Shown: one piece after another, positions 25,723 to 38,457 of the stretch
Position numbering within the stretch: the stretch's first letter is position 1
Layout of the letters: every line of letters begins with the position of its first letter
DNA from: Prorocentrum cordatum
Taxonomy: Eukaryota
Reading direction: 5' to 3'
Length of the DNA: 53,469 bases
Assembly (NCBI GenBank): GCA_963575745.1
Contig: CAUYUJ010000312.1
Coordinates: 62,001 to 115,469 of the forward strand
Made by a program: the position numbers and the translations under genes
Notes under the pieces: generated by a model
The model's database searches: none
What the model saw: the letters and a program-made list of their open reading frames with translations, nothing else
Told to the model about the DNA's origin: nothing

Positions 25723-25824
25723 CGGGCTCGGCGACCGAAACTGTGTGACACCGTGCGCGTTGCGGGGGCGCCTCCTGAACCTCCAACGTGTTGACGCAAA
25801 TCGGTATGGAGGCATTTTGTAGTT

Positions 25825-25925
25825 TTCGGGGCCTCCAGGGCCCTGACCGGTCTCAGGACCAAAAAACGGTTCGGGATGAAAAGCCGGCCACGGGGAAAGG
25901 GTTGGGACATCGGGGACCATGTATT
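25825..25925 (+). repeat. Dispersed ~100-bp repeat (GGGCCCT..CGGGCC.C.GGACC...AAACGG.TC.GGATGA.AAA.CGG)
   Basis: Similar sequence at ~38160-38260 and ~44060-44160. Confidence 0.65.
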
Positions 25926-26442
25926 GAAATCATCAGTGCGCCGGATCTTTAGGCCTTGCGGTCGCTTACAGCCGCCCGTGATATAGCACGGAAGCGTAGG
26001 AATTTTCTGCCTTCCTCATCGCGTCCCCCACAACGGGTAGGGCTCACCAGGAGGCATGTGGACATCACCACCGTGCCTGGCCAGGGCCATCCTGGGCCGC
26101 AGGATGGTGCATAGATCTTCCTGGCGCCTCCACCAGGAGGGCGCGTGCACCACGCCAGGGCCCACAATGGCCTTGGCCTGGCACAGTGGTGGTGACATTC
26201 CACCTTCTGTGTATATCCTTCGCTCTCAGCTCCTGCCCCGTGGCTGATGTCTGCCTCGTTTTCCGCCTTCTGGGGTCCGAGCTGTTTCCGGTGGCCGCCC
26301 CCCACCCCCCCTCCACCCTCTCTGGCAGGCTGGTGGGCCACGCAGCACCGGTATGTTGTGGACAACCCCGTGCCGCTGAACCGTTTTTTGCACGCGGACC
26401 TGCCGCTGGCCGTCGGGTGGAAGGAGGGGGGAGGAGGATGAG

Positions 26443-26628
26443 TCAGGTCACGTGAGACTGGTGTTTGCCAAATTTGGGTTGCCGCCCCTGGCATGACTTT
26501 TGACGGTTCATTTTTCGTGAGATGTCTCCGGCAGTTCGCGCCGAATTCCAGACCAGGTCGCGCCATTTTTCTCGCGGCCCCGTCAGGCAAGGGCGAGCCC
26601 CCCGAACTCGAGTCTAACGTCTCCCCAG
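26443..26628. mobile_element. Decayed third copy of the TCGGGG...CCCCGA MITE family
   Basis: TTTTGACGG, CGCCATTTTT, GGCCCCGTCAGGC and CGAGTCTAACGTCTCCCC are collinear with 15110-15316. Confidence 0.6.
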
Positions 26629-29619
26629 GCGAGCTTCTAGATCGGCATTACACAACCATACTTTATACTATGTGTGCGTTGCCCCCCCCCCCCCCCCCCA
26701 CCAGTGGCGACGCGCGCTCAGAAATCTGGCAGTACGTATCTGCTCGGTGGTGTTTTTTTTCTGGCCATAGCTTGTGTGCCAATCTACTTTAAGGTATTAG
26801 TACTATATGTTCGGTTTGGACGTGTGCCTCCAGGGGGGCCGCGTAGTCCCAGTGATTATGTCCTTCTGCGTCTCATGTGAGGGAGGGCCAGGATTACCCC
26901 CACCTTGCGCATCCAGCGCTCCAGTGGGGCCTCACTGCGACGCACCTGTTCCGTGGCGCCCAGGATGCCGCACACCTTTGTGTTCTGGGCCGAGCTGTGG
27001 CCTGCGCGGCCCGTTGGTGCGCCAGCACGTGTGTGCCACCTTCCTCGGTGACTCGGCGGCCTCATTGGCACCGTAGTGAACTTCGAGGGCACCTCGATTC
27101 GAAGGGCGGAGGTCAGCACAAACCGCGCTGGCGTCATCGTCTGACCTGGGAGGAGGTGGCGAAGGCGGTCCTGCAATAGGGTTGCCTATCGACTCCCCAT
27201 CTTCGCTGTCGCCAGTGGCATCGTTCTTCACGTGGTGGCCGTGGTTTTTGTTGTGGTGCTATGGAAGGCACAACAAGGCAGCACAAGCATACACTTTCGG
27301 GCCGCCTCTGATGTTGTTTCTGACAAGGCTGTTCGCCCTTCAGCCGGTGCTAGCCCAGCTATCAGACATCCTCCGAACTATACGTTCGTGCACCCCCCTT
27401 GTATTCGATGCCTGTGCGCCCGCCTCCTTCGCGCCTGGTGTTGAGCAGATCCGCCAGCGAATCACGCATCCCTCCGTAGTGACTCAGCTCTATCATTGGG
27501 CGTCGTCAGGACCAACGCTAGAGTTCTGCCATCTCACTCCTTGTCCGCATCTCCTTCTGAGGCTTGGCGCGGGCGCCGTTCGGAAGCTCTCGATTCGGTC
27601 TGCGTTCCTTTTAATTCTAGACGCTTCGCGTAACCCCACCAGTCAGCCCGATTGACACGCCCTCTGGACTCTTCCTTGCGGGCCGCAGATCAAAAAGTAA
27701 CCCCACCAGCAGGAGTGGTCTGGCCTTCTTGGTCTGCCATGTGTGACCGTCCCCGTTGGCGTGCAGCCTAGCACGTTGGACTGCTTATGCAGCCCCGCGC
27801 TTCGCCACTCTTGTGGCGAGTCGACTTCTGGCGCCTGTTGCGACAAGGTTCAATTCATCCTTCCTGGTGGTCTCGCCTCTGGGATGCCCGCACGCTTGCC
27901 TGGTTCTCCTGGCAGCTCCTGGCAGTTCCTGGCAGCTCCTGCAGCCTCAGCTTCGGCGCAGCTCAACGTCCCTCGGCGGTAGTTTTGCAGCCGTGTGTGC
28001 GCGCGCTATGTTAATTTAGCTTTGCTCGTAGCCCGAGCTATCTTGTGGCGCCGCTGTGCGCCTTCGCCTGCGGTTGGGGCGGACAAAAATAACCCCACAA
28101 GCCACGGCGTCTTCGTCTACCACAGGTTCGCTCAGCACCACGGCGATCGACGACGCTGAACGCCCACCCCAGGACGTGCGCCCCAGCTGCCACATCCCCC
28201 CGGCACTCCGGAGGCCAGGGTGCCGCAGTCGCAGCCCCCGCTCCCGCTCGTTCTCCTGAGCCTCCGGGTTCGGATGTCCGCCTCTCTCGCCTCGCTCCTA
28301 CTCACAACTGGGAGCCACAGCGCTGCTGCTATGGCACGTACCCTCATTGGGTGCGCGGCCCATTCCCCGGCTGCCACCCTCCGGGCCCCCTCGGTGCCCC
28401 CCGCGGGGCCCTCGCTCCTCCCATGCCGCCACCCCAATACATGCGACCGCTAGGCGCGACGCCCCCTCGCCTCCGCCGCCTCTGCCGCTCCATACCAGTA
28501 CTTGCGACCGTTCGTCGCCTCTCCGCTTCCCCTCGCTTGCGGCTCTCGCCGCTCACCCCCCTTTCTGCTGCGCCCCCGTGTGCGGCACAAAGACTTGCGA
28601 CCGTTAGTCGCCTCTGCGTCCGCCCCCGGCGCGACTCCCCTTCGCGGGCGCTGGCGCTCCTGCCAGCCTTCTGCGCCCGAGCCCCCCGCCTTCCCCCCCC
28701 CCTGCCTCGCCCGCCCTCCCCGCGGCCCCCCCGGGGGCCGCCCCGGCCTCGCGCCCAATACCGCCAGGCGCGTGCCTCAGCTGGGGCTGTCGGCTCGCGG
28801 CGCCTGGCCTCCCAGTGCGCCCTTGTCACTGGGTTAGCTTGTGGCTCTTCGCCCCCTGCCGCCGGGCCCCCCCCCCTTGCCCCTCGCCCAGCGCGGGTTG
28901 CTCGGGGCCCCCTCGGTGCTCTGCCCCCGCCTCTGGCCCCTGGGTCTCAGATGCGCCTGAGGCGTTTCCCCACGGCGCCCCGCCCGGCGGCCTATGCTCT
29001 GTCCTCCTCTTGCCCCGCCCGCTTCAGCTGCCCCTCCGCCTTGGCCCTTCCGGCCTTACGGCCCCTGGCATGCGGCATCCCTCCTCGACCTGGGGCAGGC
29101 TGACCTTCGGTCACCTCCCACCGACGGTCCCCAAGCGGGATCCACATGCCTCCCGGTGCGCGAGCTTTCGCCAGCACCCCTCGCGTTGAGGCACGCGGTT
29201 TCGACACCAGTCCCTGACGGTGTCTGGCGATCCGGACTCTGGTCTGTTGAGCGCCTGCACGGAGTTGGTCGACGCCTGCCGGTGCGTGCGACTCGACTTC
29301 CACTTGGCGACGGAGTGACCGTTGGTCCTGACGCCTGGTCCTCGTGGTTCGTTCTGCCGGTGGCCCCTGTCTTTAGTACGCTCGCGGTGTCTTTCAACCA
29401 GAACTCCCCGCCATTTTGGCTATGCAATCCGCCTGGAGGCCCCCCCCAGTCGACGGCGCCCACTTCTGAGCGGCAGCGAGACCCGCCTCCTGTTAGTTCC
29501 TGCTCCCGGTGTCCTCTCGTCGCCTCCCTCTCCCCCTGGTGCGCAATTCGCTCGTATCTTGCCTGCTGTGACCTTGACGGCGTCTGGCAACCTCCGGTGC
29601 GCTCGCGTTCAAAAAGTAG

Positions 29620-29800
29620 CCCCACCAGCCCATCCACAAACGATTCCCAGGCGAAATGCCTTGATCAGGGATGCGGAGGAGAACGCAGTGGAATATGGGT
29701 TTCGTGAGGTCGTCATACCCCAAGATGGGGAGGATGAGGAGGAATCGAAGGAGGAGGAGGAGGAGGAGGAGGAGGAGGAGGAGGAGGAGGAGGAGGAGGA
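29620..29800 (+). repeat. Dispersed ~130-bp segment followed by a (GAG)n tail
   Basis: Aligns by eye with 32686-32860 (CCCACCAGCCC.TC.A.AAACGAT...GAACGCAG.GGAA...CCCCAAGA.GGGGAGG). Confidence 0.65.
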
Positions 29801-30231
29801 ATTTCTATATTGGTAAGAGGAATATTGAGTCAATGCTCAATACAGCTATTAATCATACTGCAACGAGTCGTAGGCATACTACGGCCACTAAGAAATAATG
29901 CGAATAACATTCACGCAGGCCGAAACATTTTCCTCTTGACCCCCACATGTCGGAAACGACGTGCCGTTCAGGTGAATGGATGCATGTAGCGCTTTCCTCG
30001 GCTTGGGGATTGCAATCTGTTCGGGGGGAAGATGCGGGAGTTGGCCTGGCACGTTGTGGCGTTCGAGCAGCCTGATGTTATGGGGGGATTTTCGGGAGAT
30101 GACCAGGCCCGCTGTGGCGCTCGAACAACCGCATGTTCTGGGCGGAGTTGAGGGAGGTGGCTAGGCCCGCTGTGGTGTTCGATCTTCCGATCTTGATTTT
30201 GTGTGTCCCCATGCTCTCCGTCCTCCATTTT

Positions 30232-30480
30232 CCCTCCTCCTCCCACCTCCCTCCTCCCCCCCCTCCTCCTCCTTCTTCCTTCGTACTTCCGCATCCCTCC
30301 TCCCTCTTCCCTCCTCCCTCGTCCTCCTCGTCCTCCTCCTCCTCCTCCTCCTCCTTCTCCCCGTCCTCCTCCTCCTCCTCCTCCTCCTCCTCCTCCTCCC
30401 ATTTCCCTTTCGTCCTCCCTCCCCCCCTCCTCCCTGATTGTTCCTCCTCTCTGTTCCCTCCCCCGTCCATTCTCCTCCGC
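30232..30480. repeat. (CCT)n pyrimidine microsatellite
   Basis: Direct inspection; similar tracts at 15788-15862, 31020-31195, 36887-36965 and 48800-48925. Confidence 0.95.
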
Positions 30481-31711
30481 CCCCTTCTCGTGCTCTTGTT
30501 ATCCTTCCCATCTCCGTCCTTGGAAGACCCTTCCCCCCCGTAGGGGCATAACTTTGGTCCGCAGATCCACTGTTTCGTGTATATCATGATGCTTCACGTG
30601 CGGTGCCCCGCGGATCCCATGTCCCCTGGGTCCAGGATGTGAATCAGGATTGCATGTTTATGCCCAAAATATGAATACATTGATGCATTGTTTTTTTCAC
30701 ACACGGGATATTGGATCCGCGCAATACATAAATAGGTTTCCACGACGTTGTCGCACACCCGAAACACAGGGATCCAATTGGATCCATCGGTGCTCTCATA
30801 TTTTTAGACCATGAGGAATGAACTTTCGGCCTGGGGATGTAATCGCGATTGTAATAATAAAGGAGAAAAGTCGTACTACAAGGAGACAGGATATAGTAAC
30901 CAGGACATGAATACTGATAAGACGGGTGATACTAAAACTACGAATAACACTACTACCCCACATGATTAATAACATTTGGTTCGATGAAGAAGAGGATGAC
31001 GAGGCAAGGAAGAGGAGCCTTCCTCCCCTCCCCCTCCCTCCTTCCGCCCCCCTCCTCCCCTCTTCCTTCTCCTCCTCCTCCTCCTTCTCCTCCTCCCCCT
31101 CCTTCTCCTCCTTCTCCTCCTCCTCCTCCTCCTCCTCCTCCTTCTCCTCCTCCTCCTCCTCCCCCCCCTGTCTTCCGTCTCCTCCGTCCCTTCTCCTTTT
31201 ACATTATTCCTCCCTGGCGCACCGTCAGATGTGTCGGTAGGGCGGGCCGGACGTTTCGCTTTAGACTTCCTCGGCCTGCATGGTTCTGCAGCTTGAAGCT
31301 CGCAACAGTTTCACTCAGGGGGGGGGCGGGTCCTTTTCACAATGCGGCTCTCCCCTGAGCGCCGTGCACATTCTTTTTGACCGCTTACAGCCCTTTCACG
31401 GATAGAGGGCTGGCCTTTTTAAAAATGTGGTTGTCGCTTTAACGCTGTGCACATTTGCTTTCTAAATTTTCATCCGTTTCACTAATGGAGGGCGGGCCGT
31501 TCTCAATCTTTGATTCGTTTCAGCGCAGCGCACAGTCGTGCGGACACTTTGCAGCAGCTTCATGGATGGAGCGCGGGCCGTTTTCAACATGTGAATCTTG
31601 TTTCAGCACAGCTTTCATTCGTGCTGGACATTTTCAGCAACTTCACGGATGCTAGGCAGGCCATTTTCAAAATGTGATTCTCGCCTCAACGCTGCGCTTC
31701 GTGCGTTTTAT

Positions 31712-31973
31712 GTTGTTGCTGTCGTCGTAGTAGTAGTAGTAGTAGTAGTAGTAGTTGTTGTGGTTGTGGTTGTGGTTGTGGTTGTTGTCTGTTGTCTGGT
31801 TGTTTGTTGTTTGTTGTTTATTGTTTGTTGTTTGTTGTTTGTTGTTTGTTGTTGTTGTTGTTGTTGTTGTTTGTTGTTTGTTGTTTGTTGTTTGTTGTTT
31901 GTTGTTTGTTGTTTGTTGTTTGTTGTTTGTTGTTTGTTGTTTGTTGTTTGTTGTTTGTTGTTTGTTGTTTGTT

Positions 31974-32016
<43 letters not shown>

Positions 32017-32050
32017 TTGTTGTTGTTATTATTGTTTTTGTTGTTGTTTT
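31712..32050. repeat. Compound (TAG)n-(GTTGTG)n-(TTGTTTG)n-(GTTGTC)n microsatellite embedded in the reversed ~82-bp satellite
   Basis: Direct inspection; satellite units on both sides. Confidence 0.92.
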
Positions 32051-32944
32051 TCTCAAAATGTGGCGGGCCGTTTCAACATGTGGATGGAGGGCGAGGGGCC
32101 GTTTTCAACATGTGGCTCTCGCCTTGGCGCCGTGTCGTAGCAGTCCGGGGCAGGTTCCAGGATGGAGAGCGGCCCCTTCTCAACATGTGGCTCTCGCCTT
32201 TGCGCCGCACGCATGTGTCTTTAACGTCTCAAACAGTTTCAAGGAATCGTATGGCCGAATTCTCAAGACTACTCCAGATTTCGTAATAACAAGGAGGGGG
32301 TCTGGACCCTCCAAGACAAGCCATTTCAGACCTCCCCCGTGGGAGAACCCTCCAAAACATCGTCCCCAGACCCCCCAGGCACTCCAAGATAGCCTGGAAG
32401 AGACCCCCCCCGAAATGAGACCCCCCTCCCTTTATTACGAAATCTGGACTAGCCTTTGGCGCAATGTGGGACTGCCAGGGCGCAGCAGTGATCATGATTC
32501 GCGAAGCTGAAGTCCCAGGAATGGTGTCCTGGCACGGTTCAGGATCGCCAGGACGCAACAGCCACGTTGATCCGCGGCGTTGGAATCCTAGGAACGGTGT
32601 TTTGGCACGTCTGAGGATCCTCAGACGGTTGTCTTCTAACGGGCCACTTCCCGCAGCGACTATATTTTCAGGCGCTTCGCGTAATCCCACCAGCCCGTCT
32701 AGAAACGATGCCCTGACGAGTTGCCCTGATTAGGCATGTGGAGGGGAACGCAGAGGAACACAAGGCTATGTAAGACGTCGTGCCCCAAGACGGGGAGGTT
32801 GGAGGAGGAATCGGAGAAGGAGCCAAGGGGGGAGGAGGAGGAGGAGGAGGATGAGGAGAAGGAGGAGGATGCGGAGGATGCGGAGGAGGAGAATGCGGAG
32901 GGAGGGGGGAGGGAGGAGGGACGAGGATGGAGGATGAGCAGGCG

Positions 32945-34840
32945 GATGATGCTGCTGCTCCTGATGATGACGACGCTGATGATGCTGATGATGCTGGTGA
33001 TGATACTGATGATGTCGATGATGATGCTGATGATGATGCTGTTGATGATGATGTTGATGCTGATGCTGATGCTTATACTGATGATCTCGATAATGCTGCT
33101 GATGATGCTGCTGTTGATGCTGATGATGCTGATGATGTTGCTTAGGATGATGCTGCTGATGCTGCTGATGCTGATGATGTTGATGATTATGATGTTGCTG
33201 ATGTAATGATGCTGATGCTGGTACTGATTGTGATCATGCTGCTGCAGTTGCTGCTACTGCTGATTAGGATGCTGATGATGCTGATGATGCTGATGATGCT
33301 GATTATGATGCTGATGCTGGTGATGATGCTGATGCTGATGATGATGATGATGATGATGATGATGCTGACGTCGATTCTGACGAGGATGCTAATGCTGCTG
33401 CTGATGATGATGATGATGATGCTGATGCTGACGCTGCTGCTGATGCTGATGATGCTGATGATGATGACGATGATGATGCTGATGATGCTGATGATGCTGT
33501 TGATGATGATGCTTATGATGCTGATGATGCTGATGCTGCTGATGGTGGTGGTGGTGGTGATAAGGATGCTGCTGATGCTGATGATGATGAGGATGATGCT
33601 GATGCTGCTTATGTTGATGATGCTGATGATGCCGATGGTGCTGATGATGATGCTGCTGATGATGATGATGATGATGATGATGCTGATGATGATGATGATG
33701 ATGCTGATGATACTGATGATGATGCTGCTGACGATGATGATGGTGATGCTGCTGGTGATGTTGATGATGCTGATGCTGATGCTGCTGATGATAATGACGA
33801 TGCTGATGCTGATGATGATGATGATGATGATGCTGATGATGATGCTGATGACGCTGGTGTTGGTGGTGAGGATGCTGATGATGATGCTGATGTCAATGAT
33901 GATGCTGCTGATGCTGCTGATGATTATGGTGATGATGCTGATGCTGCTGATGATGATGCTGATACTGATGCTGATGATGATGCTGATGCTGCTGATGATG
34001 ATGTTTATTATGCTGATGATGCTGGTGACGATGATGATGCTGATGCTGATGATGATGCTGATGATGCTGATGACGCTGATGTGGATGCTGATGCTGATGA
34101 TGATGCTGTTGCTGCTGATGGTGATGCTGATGAAGCCGATGCTGCTGCTCCTAACGATTTTGATGATGATGGTGATGGTGATGTTGATACTGATGTTGAT
34201 GCTGATGATGATGAGGATGCTGATACCGCTGATGATGCTGATGATGCTGCTGATTATGATGACGATGATAATGATTCTGCTGTTGCTGCTGATGATGATG
34301 ATGATGAGGAGGAGGAGGAGGAGGAGGAGGATGAGGAGGAGGAGGCGGAGGAAGAGAGGGATGAGGAAGAGGAGGGAGGATGAGAGATGATGATGCTGAT
34401 GATGATGATGAGGAGGAGAGAAGGAGGAGAGGAGGAGGAGGAGGAGGAGGGAGGAGGAGGGGGAGGGAGGAGGAGAGGGAGGATGAGAGGAGGATTAGGA
34501 GGAGGAGGAGGAGGATGATGCGGATGAGGCAGAGGAGGATGAGGAGGGGAGGAGGATGAGGATGAGGATGAGGAGAGGAGGATGAGGAGGATGGGTGAGG
34601 AGGAGGAGGAGAGGAGGAGGAGGAGGAGGAGGGAGGAGGAGGGAGGAGGGAGGAGCGAGGAGGAGGAGAGGAGGAGGGGAGGCGGTGGAGGAGGAGGAGG
34701 GGGAGGGGGAGGGGGGGGGAGGAGGGGGGGGGAGGTGGAGGGAGGGGGAAGGAGGAGAGGAGGAGGAGGAGGAGGAGGAGGAGGAGGCGGCGGAGGAGGA
34801 GGAGGAGGAGGAGGAGGAGGAGGAGGAGGAGGAGGAGGGG
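32945..34840. repeat. (GAT/GCT)n tract of ~1.4 kb followed by a (GAG)n tract
   Basis: Direct inspection. Confidence 0.97.
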
Positions 34841-35099
34841 GGGCAGCAGAAAGGCCAGAGGCTTCATGGATGCCTCTCGGAGTCTTTTTGAAGTTCTTTC
34901 GACAGCGTCTTGGAGTCCGCTTGGGGCGTCTTAGGGGTCTCTTGGCATTCTCGGGGGCCTCTTAGGGCGTGTTGGTTGCTTCTGGAGGGGTTCTTGGAGC
35001 CTCTTGGGGATCTCTGGGGAGCCTCTGAGCCTCTTGGGAGCATCTAGAGGACCTTTGGGGCCTCTTGGGGCCTCTTGGGGCCTCTTGGGCAACTCTTGA

Positions 35100-35835
35100 G
35101 GCCATCTTTGGGCACCCTTGCGAGCCTTGGGGGCCATCTTGGGGCCATCTAAGAGGAGATCGATCAAAGGAGGGGGGATCCTTGCTTAAGGTCCCCCCCT
35201 CCCAGGAGGCCAGCATGTGGCCAACACCTTAGTAACATCCATGACTTTTGGCAATCTCGCAGAGGCCTCTTGGGGCGTCTTGGGTGCCTCTTGGTGGCCG
35301 ATTGAGGCGTCTTGGGGGTCTCTTGGGAACCTCTTTGGGGCATCTTGGGGGCCTCTTGGGGGCCTCTTGGGGCCTCCTGGGCACCTCTTGGGGCAATCAT
35401 GCGGCACCCCTTGGGAGCCTCGGGGGCCATCTTGGGGCCATCTGGGAGGAGCTCGATCAAAGGAGGGGGGCTCCTTACTCCAGCTCCCCGTCCCTCTTAG
35501 GAGGCCAGCATGTGGCCAACAGCCTAGTACAATCCATGCTTTGGCAATCTCACAGAGGCCTCTTGGGACGCCTTAGGGATCTCTTGGGGGCCTCTTAGGG
35601 GCATCTTGGGGGCCTCTTTGGGGTATCTTTGGGGCCTCTTAAGGCCTCCTGGGCACCTCTTGGGGCAATCATGCGGCACCCCTTGGGAGCCTCGGGGGCA
35701 ATCTTGGGGCCATCTTGGAGAACACCGATCACAGGAGGGGGGCTCCTTACTTAGGTCCCACCCACCCCAGGAGGCCAACATGTGGCCAACACCTTGGTAC
35801 ATCAATGATTTTGGCCTTCTCGCCGAGACCATCTT
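35100..35835. repeat. Three-copy ~270-295-bp tandem unit
   Basis: GATCA.AGGAGGGGG...GGAGGCCA.CATGTGGCCAACA at ~35162, 35456 and 35727. Confidence 0.85.
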
Positions 35836-36474
35836 GGACGCTCCAGCCTCTTGCGAAACGTCCCGTCCAGACCCAGGGGTAGAGGGGTAGGGCGAGGGGC
35901 AAACCCTTCCCCGAAGGAGAAGAGTTTCTTCCCCTTCGGGGTGGAGGAGGAGGGAGAGGAGTAGGACGAGGAGGAGGGCAGGGGGCAGGAAGTGTTGGCA
36001 GAAGAAGCTCACTAAACCACTCCCGCCCTGAAGGGCTTGTAGGACTTCCTTGCTGGGACCCACGAAGAGGAAATTGAATTTGGAGGGAGGACAGACTGCG
36101 ACATACGGCCACGCCGTGACGCCCAGAAGCGTATGCTGCACTGCCCTTTTGTGATAGTGGACCGCTTCCCAGGGCCCATTGGACTGGACTGGACTGGACT
36201 GGACTCCCTCCTCCTCCCTGCTCCCAGCTCCTCCCAGCTCCTCGTGCCCTTGCCCCCGCGGCTCCCCCCTGCTCCCTGCTCCCTCCCTGCTCCCTCCCGC
36301 CCTGCTCCTCCCGCCCTGCTCCCTCCCTGCTCCCTCCCTGCTCCTCCCTGCCCGCCCTGCGCCTCCCTGCTCCTCCCTCCCCGCTCCCTCGCTGGACTCC
36401 TCCTCCGTCTGCTCCTCCCTGCCCCTCCCTGCCCCTCCCGGCTCCTCTTGCCCTTGCCCCCCCCTCCCCTTCCG

Positions 36475-36682
<208 letters not shown>

Positions 36683-37050
36683 AGAGAGGAGGGAGGAGGA
36701 GGAGGAGGAGGGAGGAGGAGGAGGAGGAGGAGGAGGAGGAGGACTCCCCCCCCCTCTCCCTAGGGACCCCCCTCCCTCCCGGTGTGCAGGTCGGCCGCCC
36801 GCCGCCCGAGCCCGGGTACGCCGGGAGCGAGGGCCCGCTGCCGCGCACGGGCGAGCCGCCCGCTCCGGGGTGGGGTGGGGGGGAGTCCTCCTCCTCCTTC
36901 TCTTCCTCCTCCTCCTCCTCCTCCTCCTTCTCCTTCTCCTTCTCCTTCTCCTCCTCCTCCTCCTCATCATCATCATCGTCGGAAGGGGAGGGGGGGGGGG
37001 GCGGAGGTCGGCGGCTGCGGAGGGCGTGGCTGCTCGGGCCGAAGGAACGG

Positions 37051-37166
37051 TCAGAGACCCGAATCATCAGGGGTGACTCGGGTCAGGGCTAGCTCGGGTT
37101 CGTTCTTCGGGAGTCCGAACCCGAGTTACCCCGGACCCGCGTTACCCCGGATAACTCGGGCGTCCA
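37051..37166. mobile_element. 116-bp fold-back element flanked by ~59-bp direct repeats
   Basis: Left arm GAGACCCGAATCATCAGGGGTGACTCGGGTCAGGGCTAGCTCGGGTTCG resembles the reverse complement of the right arm (GACGCCCGAGTTATCCGGGGTAACGCGGGTCCGGGGTAACTCGGGTTCG); DRs at ~36992-37050 and 37167-37225. Confidence 0.75.
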
Positions 37167-37360
37167 GGGGGGGGGGCGGAGGTCGGCGGCTGCGGAGGGC
37201 GTGGCTGCTCGGGCCGGAGGAACGGGGGGGATAGGCAGGGCGCCATACGCGAACCCTGCCCCTGGCGGCCCGCTCCGGGGTGGGGGTGGGGGGGGGGGGA
37301 GGTCGGCGGCTGCGGAGGGCGTGCCTGCTCGGGCCGAACGGACGGGGGGATGGGCGGGGC

Positions 37361-37508
37361 GCCACACGCGAAGCCTGCCCCTGCCCCCCACGATCTCTGA
37401 GGGGGAGGGTGGGGTTCCCTCCGTGCGGGAGCTCCCCAGCGAAGTGAACCCCACCCTCCCCCTCAGAAATCGTGGGGGGGTAGGGGTAGGGTTCGCGTGT
37501 GGTCCCCT
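37361..37508. mobile_element. ~150-bp TIR element, GCCACACGCGAACCC family
   Basis: Homologous to 43781-43936 including internal GCGAAGTGAACCCCACCCTCC; no flanking duplication seen. Confidence 0.8.
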
Positions 37509-37703
37509 AATAGGGAAAAGGGGGGGGTACGAAGTCTGCTGCATGCAGCTGGTTTCGGCCCCGCCGCCGGGCCCATTCCTCGACACATGGGCGCCTCCGG
37601 CGCCGGGAGGCGCCGGGGAATCAGCTACGCGAGCTGATTCTCACCCCCCCCCTTTGCTATCCCCCCCCTTTCGCCCGGCCGAGCTGCGGGGGAGGAAAAT
37701 CAG

Positions 37704-37893
37704 GGGCAACGATAGGGGGGGATGCATCGACACCCGATCGCCCATTGATCGCGAAAAGGGGCCCGATGGCCCCCGACCTGCCCATGAAGGTGCGGAGTCA
37801 CGATCGGAGGCCCATCGCCGATCCGTCGGCGATGCATCGCCGATTCCAGGTCGATGCATCCCCCCCTAGATCAGTCCCCCCTATCGTTGCCCC
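37704..37893. mobile_element. Nested inverted-repeat element
   Basis: Inner TAGGGGGGGATGCATCGAC / GTCGATGCATCCCCCCCTA; outer GGGCAACGATAGGGGG / CCCCCTATCGTTGCCC. Confidence 0.65.
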
Positions 37894-37947
37894 TCCGAAA
37901 AGCCCAGGCCCCCTCGTGTCATGAAGCCCTTCCCTTCGTGGCTAGGC

Positions 37948-38072
37948 CTGGCGGCGAACACGGCGCGGCCGACGCCGTCGAGGGCCCCGCGCGCGAGGTC
38001 CGCCAGCGACGAGGCGTGGGGCACCTCCTCGCCCATGCGGAGCTCCCTGGCGGGGAGCTCCGGCGGCATCGC
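37948..38072 (-). CDS. Candidate internal exon (phase 0 to phase 2): AMPPELPARELRMGEEVPHASSLADLARGALDGVGRAVFAA, product unknown
   Basis: All 41 codons end in G or C; AG|G acceptor and CAG|GC donor; the plus-strand frame sharing third positions is an S/R/P/A/T-rich shadow. Confidence 0.5.
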
Positions 38073-38457
38073 CTCTCGGCAGCTTCAGGCCCACCCCACT
38101 TGCAATACCCCCTCGGGTTAGGAAACAGTCACGACGGGATGCTTTTCGGTCTTTTCTGCCTCTCGGGGCCCTCAACGGGCCTCGGGACCGTGGAAGAACG
38201 GCTCAGGATGAAAAACCGGTCCCGGGGAGTGGGTCTGGACCTCAGGGGGTCGCGCCATGAAAAATTTATCATGTCGGGGGTCTGGGAGGTAATTATCCAT
38301 ACTGCTATCCGTCGCCCATTTTCCCTCCTTTTGGGCCTCCTGGGAGGCCCTCGTCGTTACTGGGGGATTCGCCTCGGGTTTCTGGTCAGAGTGCACCGTG
38401 CACCCTGCGAGAGGTCCGGGGAGTAGCGGTATGGGTACCGTTGGGTTTTCCCAGTGG

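Noticed and set aside
26750..28330. Unique-looking stretch as a gene or RT remnant, including the 157-aa ORF 27182-27655
   Set aside because: No recognisable RT, integrase or recombinase motifs, frequent stops and no codon bias; needs a translated homology search
33206..34390. 394-aa poly-Met/Leu ORF and overlapping poly-Asp/Ala frames
   Set aside because: Translation of a (GAT/GCT)n microsatellite; open only because the triplets lack stops in that frame
37946..38088. Plus-strand exon LAANTARPTPSRAPRARSASDEAWGTSSPMRSSLAGSSGGIASRQLQ joined to 36790-36850
   Set aside because: It has plausible splice sites and phase, but its composition looks like the antisense shadow of the minus-strand frame; deprioritised, not excluded
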